64,000 nucleotides of DNA from Macrostomum lignano. Lineage: Eukaryota. Below the pieces are notes generated by a model. It did not search any database. It was given only the letters and a program-made list of their open reading frames with translations, and was not told the DNA's origin. Made by a program: the position numbers and the translations under genes. Shown here in pieces: positions 27,060 through 40,366 of this stretch. Every line of letters begins with the position of its first letter. Position 1 is the first letter of the stretch. The stretch is from the NCBI GenBank assembly GCA_002269645.1, contig NIVC01001601.1, positions 310,001 to 374,000 on the forward strand, read 5' to 3'.

Positions 27060-30000
27060 CGCTGCCTGAAATGTGCACTGTGAAACTTCTACGAGTGAGC
27101 ATATTTGCCACGAGACTTCGTGCTTTAAATAAGCTGCAGCTAGAAGATACTGTGTATTACTCAGAGGCTTTAGAGAGGGCTGGCGCGAGTCTTGGCACGC
27201 GACTCGATAATTGTGTTTATTCTTTTTGGTAGCAGAATGCGTACAAGCCTGATGAGTTTTAATTGCATTCGGTGCAGGCAGCAATGACTCTTGCTCTGCA
27301 TTTGTGAGATTCAATTGTTCTGCACCTCTCAGCCCGATACCCACCCAGCTGGCACCGACTGCATCTTAAGGGCTTGGAAGAGGATTGAAAATGCAGTTGG
27401 CCAGTATAGTGTAGTGCAGTATAGTGCACTACAGTATAGTGCAGTAACCAAATTTAGTTTGCACAGGACTTCTAACACACTCTTATAAGCTCAAAAATAA
27501 AGCAAAAAAGCTGTGAGTTCGCACGTGAAAAATGAGCAGGTTGGCATAGCCAAAGCGCATGTACGATAGCGCGTCTTGAGCAAATCAAGATGGCCCAGCT
27601 TTTGAAAAATATGAAATCACGGAGGACGGACTGGGCTGAGCCGGGCGCTCCCAACGACAGCGGGTTCCGCTGTCTGGGTTGACAGTGACTTCGCCTACTG
27701 TAGTGTTAAGCAGCTCCCCCAACCCATAGTCCCATAAATGTGCATGTATGTCAGGGTTAAAGTAGCAACTATTTATACATGTAAGCTCGATACCGAATTC
27801 ACTATTCGAGCAGCGGGCTCATTGTAATTGCTCTCATAGGATGGGGAGTGACTTCCACAAACAATATGAGACTATTAATTATAAAATATTGACTTTTGGC
27901 ATGGCAGGCAATTGCAAGAGCAGGTCCCTCTCGGTGCTAAAGTAGATCTGGGCAGTTCAAGATTCGTGGTTGAGCTGGCGTATGACGCTGACACATGGCT
28001 TAGGTTCTTGGTGCGAGTTTGGGGAGTCGATAAGCAAAAGAAGATGCATGGGAGCTTATGGATGATTTACCATTGTTTTTAAAAGAGATCACGGTCATTT
28101 AGAGTTCGAATCACGAATCAACGCGCGTGTCCTTTGGCCTGCGTTTCTTAGCAGCTGAGTGACGTAACATGTCTATCCCAGCTGTGATTGGTTAGTAAAA
28201 TGGGGTGGGCGCTTCAGTAGTGGGGATACAAACATATGGGACTGCAGGTGCATGGGCGAAACAAGGACCACTAGGAACACTAGTCTAGTAGTCCTTGGGG
28301 TGAAAAATCCATTGGGGCTTGGCAGTTTGGTAATTTTGAACAATAGCGTGGAGTTTGGGATGGGCGAAAAATGAGTTGCGTTGAGTTGAGTGATAAGTTG
28401 AGTTGTAAGATTGCGCCAAGCAGGATGCTGAAAGCTGCTTTAATGTTATATATGTATACTCCATTAAGCAGAAATGCTGCAGAATCTAGCAAATCATTTC
28501 TACCAAAAGGTGCAAAGAATCAGTTTTGTTTATATCAGCAGTTGTTTCTGTTAAGTTTTTAAACGAAGCATATAATTATAAAAAAAGTTACTATAAAATA
28601 TAATATTATATATTTAGTCAAGAAAACAAAAATGAAATAAAAGTGCCTACGTCTTACGTGGTAAGGTAAAGAAACCTGCATGCTATGCGTTCGTTGGAAA
28701 GTGTTACCATGTCACAACTCTTTACAATTAGAGTTATTTTAAATTGATTAGGCCTACCTGCTACCTACTGACCAAGATTTCTAAATGGACCATTCAAATG
28801 TGCAGAACCCATTTTTCCAACCAATGTGTATTTTGACAGAAACAATTAGATAGTTAATTAATAATTAATTCATTGACAGTAATGATTTATATTTTATACC
28901 TTTTTAATATAAAATTAAGATCAATTAAATTGTACTATAATATAAGACTATAAATATAATTGTACTATAAGAAGATGGTTTGTTGATTTATGATAACCAG
29001 CTCGTATCAGTAGAGTAGTAGCATTGCCACTACCCTAATGTATGTATTAGAGAACATTGAATTCTCATAGCTTTGTTTGAGATAAGAAACTTTTGGTTGT
29101 TTTATGCGCCATGAGCAAATAACTCAATATAAGCCTATGTCTGGCCTTATGGGCTTAGTGGTGAATTAAATTAATAAATATTGATTAATGGATTTTATTA
29201 GCTATCATTAAAATAAGCTGATGACTACAGGCTATAAACAAGAGTTCCGGCTGTGCTGGGATGCTGAATAAATATTGTTAATTAAGGTTAACTAAGTTTT
29301 TGCAAGCTAATAAAATATATAATTGAGTAACAAACTATAGACACAAAAAATAATAATGCAAAAAGTCAAAAACAAAGGGAATGAAATAGGAGTAAAGGAA
29401 GTGCATGCCAACAGTGCAGCTATTTTGAGCCATATAGGGCCTAAAAAAGTAAAGTCATTGCATGAGTCAAGCAAGGTGAGTAGTCAAAGTCTAGTGGTAG
29501 TTTGCCTTACCACACATTATTAAATTCAAGCATTATTAAATTCTGGAATGTTACTAAATCTACTATTACTAAATTTTTGTTAATAAATTCAAGGGCACTC
29601 TCTTGGATAGTTTAGTAGCTAATGGCTCCTCAATAGGCAATAAAGGCAATCTTAAATCTAGATAGATTCTAGAAGGGACTACAAGAATCCTCCATGGTAG
29701 CTCTTGGAAGAATAGTAGCTCTTTATAGTAGAGTTGCTAGGCTCTAAAATATGAGGCCTTCCTGGCTATCTATAGGAGGCTTCTATTTATATTTAAGCCA
29801 ATAGAGAACTGAACTGCATAAATCTGTTCCTCCCATGCCTCAGATAAGGCCTGCCTAATTTGATAGATTTGACACCCAATTTTTTGAGTTTTCTGTTTAT
29901 GCTTATAACTGTTTTATTTTTTTAAATATTTTCTAAAGTAATATGTCAAATTAAAGTTTTAAATTTGTAGATTAATATATTTGCAGATTTGCTTTATGTA

Positions 30001-30069
30001 TTATATGCCAGATTTTATATGCAGATAACTATACTATTATAAAATTTTAAAATATTTCTCATGCTTGGG

Positions 30070-30226
30070 TGCAACCTAGGGATTATCTGGCCATTTCTAT
30101 TGGCAACACACACATGTAAGTTGCTATTGGCTGAGAGTAATCACGTGACTATTATTCTGTCCAATAGCAACTTACATGTGTATGTTGTCAATAGAAATGG
30201 CAACTAAGTGATTCCTAAGGTTTGCA
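30070..30226. mobile_element. Palindromic MITE-like or foldback element
   Basis: 30091-30130 and 30161-30200 are inverted repeats matching at 38/40. Outer imperfect arms TGCAACCTAGG / CCTAAGGTTTGCA. Central TCACGTGA palindrome. No ORF. Confidence 0.6.
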
Positions 30227-30854
30227 CATATATGATATTTCTATTGTTTTTAATGGCATTTTGCTTAGTTCACCCACTTTTGTTCCAAATAATAGTTATA
30301 AATTCAAAATACCTATATTAATTTTGTCTTTGTTCTACAAATTATTGTCTGCAAACACTCCATTGAATTCTATTTTCATAAGTAAAAAAGTTAGGTAGTA
30401 GGATAACTAATCATCATTGATTCAAGAAATGCAAGGGGAAATGTCTATATTGTAGGCTGTGCTATGTGTAGCAATACCACTTGACCCAGCTAGAGCCACT
30501 ATTTGTAGAGCAAACAAGCATAAAATTTAAACTTTTACATTCATTTTCATAGCTAATAACTGCAACTATAAATAATAATTAGAATATGCAATGTAGACTA
30601 TAATGCCAATGATGCTATTAGAGCAGTTGCAAGTAATAAAGCAATGTAATTCATTTAAAAGACCACAAATTTTTAATATTGCTTTTGATCTAACTACTAC
30701 AGAAACAACAATAAATTACAATTTAAAGCTTTTCCCATAGATTTCTAAAATTATTTTTTGAATTATGGATTATTATGCATAATACATTGGAAGACACAAA
30801 CGCCTAAACTGATGAAAGTTCAGCTAAAATCAATTCAAACCGCAAATTGTTGCC

Positions 30855-31625
30855 ATGTCGCTGCTGCCTCTGCTGACTTCGTCGATCGCCCAACGCGGCT
30901 GCAGCCTTCAGCTGACTCGGCTGCTGTCAGCCTCGCCAGATTTGCGGTGTCGCGGCGGCCTCCTGGCCGTTGCTTTCATGTCCACCGCGGCCAAGCCCGC
31001 CAGCGCCGGCTCGGCTCTGCGAAGCCTCGGCGTTAAGCCGGCGCAAACGTCGGCCTGGTGGCTGTCGTCGCTCGGCCGTCAGCCGGTGCGCTGGGGCGGC
31101 GGCGGCCACGGGCCTCGCAAGATGCTTGTGCAGCCGTCGCGCTACCAATGGGACCATATGTGGGATGACTATCACTACTACTTCCTGCTGGGAGTGATCC
31201 CCTGCGCCACGCTGGCCATCATCCTCTACATCTTTGTCGGGCCGGCCGAGCTGACCGAGTTACCCGAGGACTACGAGCCGCAGGAGTACGAGTACCACCG
31301 GCACCCCCTCACCAGGGCCATCGCCTGGTTTAAAACTCACTACGTAGACTCGGACCAGGAGATGTACGAACGCGTGCTGGCTTATAAGAATGAGGAATAC
31401 CTCAGGATGATGACTAAGAAGCAGTACCGCGACATCAAACACCAGGAGTCGTTGCTAGGCGACTATCGCGGCTATTATTTTGTGCCGGTGAATCCCCGGC
31501 CGGTCAGTCAGCACCATTCGCATCGGCAGATTGATGATTTGACTGGCGACCTCCCGCTGGGGTACCAGTCCGAGGATCCCAGGGAGCTGCCTACGGATAT
31601 TGGCGCACCGGCGTATCAGTACTGA
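30855..31625 (+). CDS. NDUFB5: NADH:ubiquinone oxidoreductase subunit B5 (SGDH), single exon, 256 aa
   Basis: Mitochondrial-type presequence, then GHGPRKMLVQPSRY, one TM helix (YYFLLGVIPC...IFVG), and PAELTELPEDYEPQEYEYHRHPLTR, cf. human [25 protein letters not shown]. Confidence 0.92.
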   Translation: MSLLPLLTSSIAQRGCSLQLTRLLSASPDLRCRGGLLAVAFMSTAAKPASAGSALRSLGVKPAQTSAWWLSSLGRQPVRWGGGGHGPRKMLVQPSRYQWDHMWDDYHYYFLLGVIPCATLAIILYIFVGPAELTELPEDYEPQEYEYHRHPLTRAIAWFKTHYVDSDQEMYERVLAYKNEEYLRMMTKKQYRDIKHQESLLGDYRGYYFVPVNPRPVSQHHSHRQIDDLTGDLPLGYQSEDPRELPTDIGAPAYQY

Positions 31626-31769
31626 TAACTGATTGATTCACTGGAATCCGGCTTGCTGTATGCAACTCATTTGAACTTTGGGGATGCACTTTTGTTTAGC
31701 TGGGGCTAGCAACAGGTTTTAGACATATATGGCAATTATTGAGCAAGCCTCTCAACATCCGTCACATTG

Positions 31770-32935
31770 AATGACAACTGGCTGTCAAAATCCGCCACCC
31801 ATTGATTGACAACTGGCTGTCAAAATCCGCCCCCCCCATTGAATGACAACTGGCTGTCAAAATCCGCCCCCCCCATTGAATGACAACTGGCTGTCAAAAT
31901 CCGCCCCCCCCCATTGAATGACAACTGGCTGTCAAAATCCGCCCCCCATTGAATGACAACTGGCAGTCAAAATCCGCCCCCCCCCATTGACTGACAACTG
32001 GCAGTCAAAATCCACACCCCTCATTGACTGACAACTGGCAGTCAAAATCCACACCCCTCATTGACTGACAACTGGCTGTCAAAATCCGCCCCCCATTGAC
32101 TGACAACTGGCAGTCAAAATCCACACCCCTCATTGACTGACAACTGGCTGTCAAAATCCACACCCCTCATTGAATGACAACTGGCTGTCAAAATCCACAC
32201 CCCTCATTGAATGACAACTGGCAGTCAAAATCCGCCCCCCCATTGACTGACAACTGGCAGTCAAAATCCACACCCCTCATTGACTGACAACTGGCAGTCA
32301 AAATCCACACCCCTCATTGACTGACAACTGGCAGTCAAAATCCACACCCCTCATTGAATGACAACTGGCAGTCAAAATCCGCCCCCCCCATTGACTGACA
32401 ACTGGCAGTCAAAATCCACACCCCTCATTGACTGACAACTGGCTGTCAAAATCCACACCCCTCATTGAATGACAACTGGCTGTCAAAATCCACACCCCTC
32501 ATTGAATGACAACTGGCAGTCAAAATCCGCCCCCCCATTGACTGACAACTGGCAGTCAAAATCCACACCCCTCATTGACTGACAACTGGCAGTCAAAATC
32601 CACACCCCTCATTGACTGACAACTGGCAGTCAAAATCCACACCCCTCATTGAATGACAACTGGCAGTCAAAATCGCCCCCCCATTGACTGACAACTGGCA
32701 GTCAAAATCCACACCCCTCATTGACTGACAACTGGCAGTCAAAATCCACACCCCTCATTGACTGACAACTGGCTGTCAAAATCCGCCCCTCCATTGATTG
32801 ACAACTGGCAGTCAATCCGCCCCCCTCATTGATTGACAACTGGCAGTCAATCCGCCCCCCTCATTGACTGACAACTGGCAGTCAAAATCCACACCCCTCA
32901 TTGACTGACAACTGGCAGTCAAAATCCGCCTCTGC
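31770..32935. repeat. About 37-bp minisatellite (TCATTGACTGACAACTGGCAGTCAAAATCCACACCCC)n
   Basis: Direct reading; each unit has an internal inverted repeat TTGACTG...CAGTCAA; no unique spacers. Confidence 0.95.
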
Positions 32936-33404
32936 TTTGAGAACTGGCTCAAATAAACAAGATTTTAGTGTCCTATAAATTGAAAAACTTACAACAGTGT
33001 AAATTTGCCAGCAAGCAGTGTGTTTGGCTCCTGTACATTAATGCTTTGGGTAATTTGAAACAGGCCACTTCTTGGTTTAGCTCTTATCTAATATTGAAGA
33101 TGAACTTTTTCACCTGCTATATTTATTTAGTTTGCAAGCCCTTAGTAACAGTTCAATAAAGAATTGCTAGGTTATTCATTATTTATTAGACTATTTCTAG
33201 TAGTTTAATGAAATGCTGCATAGTAAATCTAAGTGTTTAAGTAAGTAGTATATACCGCGTTTTGCTTCAATTCAATATTCTGTGTTTCCTGCTAAACAAA
33301 ATTTCTTGTGGTCTTGCGCTGTCAGAGGAAGTTGATAGTAAATATATAAATAACTTTGAAATTGCCTTGGCAAATGATGGCTATGCTGTTTTTAACGTTT
33401 TTCC

Positions 33405-34575
33405 CATTTAGATTAGGGATAATCCCATTCTCCTATTGGGGATAAATCCAGTTTGCATTGAAATCCCATTCCCGTAGTAGGGATAAATCCATTTTGCACT
33501 AAAATCCCAATTTCCTATTGGGGATAAATCCAGTTTGCATTGAAATCCCCATTCCCTATTGGGGATAAATCCAGTTTGCATTGAAATCCCAATTCCCTAT
33601 TGGGGATAAATCCAGTTCGCATTGAAATCTCAATTCCCTATTGGGGATAAATCCAGTTTGCATTGAAATCCCAGTTCCCTATTGGGAATAAATCCAGTTT
33701 GCATTGAAATCCCCATTCCCTATTGGGGATAAATCCAGTTTGCATTGAAATCCCCATTCCCTATTGGGGATAAATCCAGTTTGCATTGAAATCCCCATTC
33801 CCTATTGGGGATAAATCCAGTTTGCATTGAAATCCCAGTTCCCTATTGGGGATAAATCCAGTTTGCATTGAAATCCCAGTTTCCTATTGGAGATAAATCC
33901 AGTTTGCATTGAAATCCCAGTTCCCTATTGGGGATAAATCCAGTTTGCATTGAAATCCCAGTTCCCTATTGGGGATAAATCCAGTTTGCATTGAAATCGC
34001 AGTTCCCTATTGGAGATAAATCCAGTTTGCATTGAAATCCCAGTTCCCTATTGGGGATAAATCCAGTTTGCATTGAAATCCCAGTTCCCTATTGGGAATA
34101 AATCCAGTTTGCATTGAAATCCCAGTTCCCTATTGGGGATAAATCCAGTTTGCATTGAAATCCCAGTTCCCTATTGGGGATAAATCCAGTTCGCATTGAA
34201 ATCCCAGTTCCCTATTGGGGATAAATCCAGTTTGCATTGAAATCTCAGTTCCCTATTGGGGATAAATCCAGTTTGCATTGAAATCTCAATTCCCTATTGG
34301 GGATAAATCCAGTTCGCATTGAAATCTCAGTTCCCTATTGGGGATAAATCCAGTTTGCATGAAATCCCATTGCCCTATTGGGGATAAATCCAGTTGGCAT
34401 GAAATCCCATTGCCCTATTGGGGATAAATCCAGTTTGGATTAAAATCCCATTTCCCTAGTAGGGATAAATCCAGTTTGGATTAAAATCCTGTTTCCCTAT
34501 TTAGGATAAATCCAGTTTGCTTTGAAATCCCATTGCTCTATTGGGGATAAATCCAGTTTGCATTAAAATCCCAAT
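33405..34575. repeat. 41-bp minisatellite (GGGGATAAATCCAGTTTGCATTGAAATCCCAGTTCCCTATT)n upstream of DRG2
   Basis: Direct reading. Confidence 0.95.
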
Positions 34576-34715
34576 TAATTGTCGCATTATGGACTCATTA
34601 AATCATATGCATGCGCTGACTGCCTAGAGGCAAAACAACACTCTGCTACTTTAAGTAGACTGCTGAGTAACCGCAGCCTCAGTCTGAGCTTCGAAATTGA
34701 TAAATCCAGTTGATC

Positions 34716-37553
<2,838 letters not shown>

Positions 37554-38406
37554 TCTATTTTCTGCTCTTAGAGGCAAGGGCAGGTGAGAGGCGCCAGTAT
37601 GTCCTCCTGAAGAGTCTACGATTTATTTAATGTATCGTGCATTCAATTTTATTGGATTGACCTTGTTAATCGCGTTTAATAATACTATGCTGATTTCAAA
37701 GTTGTGCTGTGCCCAGCAGCCGTTGCAGCGCTAAGTTATTGCTTTCAGAATTGCTGCTTCTAGATGATTTGGGAAGGGACTTATAGAAATCGCATGACTT
37801 TGTGCTCTGTTTTGACGGTAATTCTTTTCACCTTTCTCTTCCTAATTAGCGGTGTGTCTGAGGTTAGATCAGCAGGCTCAGGTGCTCAACTGTTGGCTTC
37901 TGTCATTGCCTAGAAAAATCTCCTTCCAGAAGCCAAGCAGCCAGCAGTTGTGCACCAATTAGTTTTTAAATCAAATTATTCAGCTTTATTATCATCTTCG
38001 CTACCGAGACAGAGGGAAGCAAAATAAATTTGAATAAATAACCCGCTCCAATAGTGGCTGTTGGTGCGAATTATCTTTTTGAACGCATGTATTGTTTTTT
38101 AATTTTATTTTAATTACAATTTTTTGTACTTTAGCTACTTTATAGTGCTCCACATTACTTATAGTAGCAGTGAAAACTAGCAATCTTCGTCCCTGTTGGG
38201 TGTCAACAAAAGAATGAAAAACAAAGAATGCTATACATGTAAAAAGCATTATACTATTGTTAGTTTCTTAGAGATGAAGGTCTTTAAGGTAGATAAGCAT
38301 TACCTCTGATAGAAAGAGTTCAAGCCTAATATATCAGCATCCCCTTGAGCCTTGGCATCTCAGCAATACAGACAAACTATCCGAGCTTTAAATATCTTCG
38401 CGTCAC

Positions 38407-39927
38407 TTAGAAGCCATCAGGGTTGCTATCGTCAATCATGGTGTAGGAGCATTTGTGATTAGCGCTGGTAAATCGGGGCCAAACGGCCAGCATTTCGCGA
38501 GCTTCAACACTTGGCGTTGCTAAGAACAATCTGAAGTGACACGGCGACACTGGCACAGCTCTGGAGATTTTAATTTCCGCCGCGGGTTCGAGTTCAACTT
38601 CGGCCTTCTGTCTGAGAATCCCGGTCAGATAGATCTCTCGGTAGTACACTAGCGGAGTGCTATTGATGTGGCCGGACATTGCTTTGAGCGCCGAGTTCGA
38701 TACGGCATAGCCAGGGTTGTCCAACGCGGACTCTGGGTACATCTGGTCCGGGAACTGTCTCTTGCTGGTGTAACTTGGATCGTATGGATCACGGTGAACC
38801 CAGTCAGGTCGGAGCGACTTTCCAGCTATTCGCAACGGCATTCTACTATTAGTAGTATTACTATCAGCTTCTGGTCCAAGGCCAAGACCGTGTAAAAATC
38901 CAACTAGCTTCTTGATGTTCCAGAAGGCTTTGTCATTGGTTCTAATCGTATAGCCAGTTAGGGTCCGCTTTTTGGATGCCAGGTGGAACAGCACCTTGGC
39001 CGAGCTGATCATGTCTAGTTCGCGCGGTGACCAGTCTGTCAGGGTGTTGTCGCTTGCAGACAGAATCAGAATGTCCTGTGGGCGTGAGCGACAAGCTTTT
39101 TGAGGCTGGCATTATTTATAATTTAGCTTCATCTTCCTAGATCTCACCTGTAGGCTTGGCTACTCCGATCCCAACTTGAAACTCACTTGCGTCATCTTGG
39201 TCTCCTCCATCAGCAGCTGCTGTGCCGCGGTGTCCCGCACTAGCGCATAAAATATGGCGCATCCGCCGCGCCATTCTCGCGGCAAGTCGTCCGAATTTAG
39301 ACTGGACAGCCAAGTGTCTCTCGCCGCCTGGCGCTGTTGTCTGGCAGTCTCGGCTAAGCCAGCTGTTGAGGTGTTTATTGCCGAGTCTTCTGGCACGTCT
39401 CCGAAAACGCTGGAGCCGATGACGAATAGCAGACGACTCGACGTGCACGTAGCTTTGAGATTTGGCGAGTGCACAATGCTAACGTTGATGTTTGGCAGGT
39501 AGTCGATACCGCCTCGTCTTCTGCGTAGTTGCTGTCTTGAAATCGGCTTTTTTGTTGTTGGTTTCTCTGTCGTTCTTTGCGGCGTAGTCAAAGGCGTCAT
39601 ATTTAGCCTTTTGATCTTTTGATTGTAAAGTTTTACTTTAGGTTTATTCTTGGTTCTTCTGTTAGTGTTGGCAACTGCTGGGCGGTCCCGTTTCGCTGGA
39701 AAAAGGTTATCAAACTTTGGTATCGGCAGCGGCTCCTCGTGTGGCTCGTTGCCTGATGATATGCCAGGCAGCTCCAAGTGCAGACTCATTCCTCGGTAGT
39801 AGTGCAGATAGTACATTACAGCCAAAACTCCGAGGATTCCAACTAGATTTGCTTTGCGATTTCTTAATATTCGGCTTATGCTTGGACACATTCTGTCGAG
39901 TCTATATCCGAAAACTTTTAGGCGCAT
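38407..39927 (-). CDS. GT31 (beta-1,3-galactosyltransferase family)-like type II membrane protein, 2 exons, about 469 aa, with degenerate catalytic motifs
   Basis: Exons 39927-39187 and 39075-38407 (CAA|gtgagt, cacag|GAC). N-terminal TM (LVGILGVLAVMYYL) and basic/Thr-rich stem. GT31-like motifs RQAARDTW, EETKMTQDIL, YP...GYAVS and IYLTGILRQK. Confidence 0.75.
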
Positions 39928-40366
39928 ACCGTCAGTATAAAGGACAAATTTTACCGGGGAGTTTACTGTTTTTCCCTATCCCGGCTCTAAGCGTCTTTCT
40001 TCCCTCTTTTCCTCTCCTTTTTAAACACCTGTTCCTGTTAGAAGGTGTACGTACCAGGTTGAATAAAGCTCTCCTTGGAAAAGGGTGTCAGTGTACTCTC
40101 TCGGAGACAGACTACTGTTAGAGACTGATGCTGATGCAGCTCCACACTGAAATTCCGTCCCTCCGGACTGCCTACTAGCTGGTATCTGTTGAATATTAGA
40201 TGATGCAGTGCCGTGTGGTCTGCCCCCCATTGGCCGATCTGAGGGGCAGTAGCTATGCTAGCAACCTGGGGAACTTTTTACTGCTTTAGTAGCAATTGTT
40301 TTCGTGTCGCTGTAACTGGTCTACTGGTAATTGGTTTGCCATTGCTGCTGACTGTGGATTGCTCAA
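39928..40366. promoter_or_regulatory. Probable bidirectional promoter between divergent GT31-like and ACP5-like genes
   Basis: Head-to-head start codons only about 440 bp apart; inferred from geometry, no specific motif identified. Confidence 0.45.

Noticed and set aside
31770-34575. 37-bp and 41-bp partly palindromic repeats as CRISPR arrays
   Set aside because: Units are contiguous with no unique spacers, there are no cas genes, and the context is eukaryotic.
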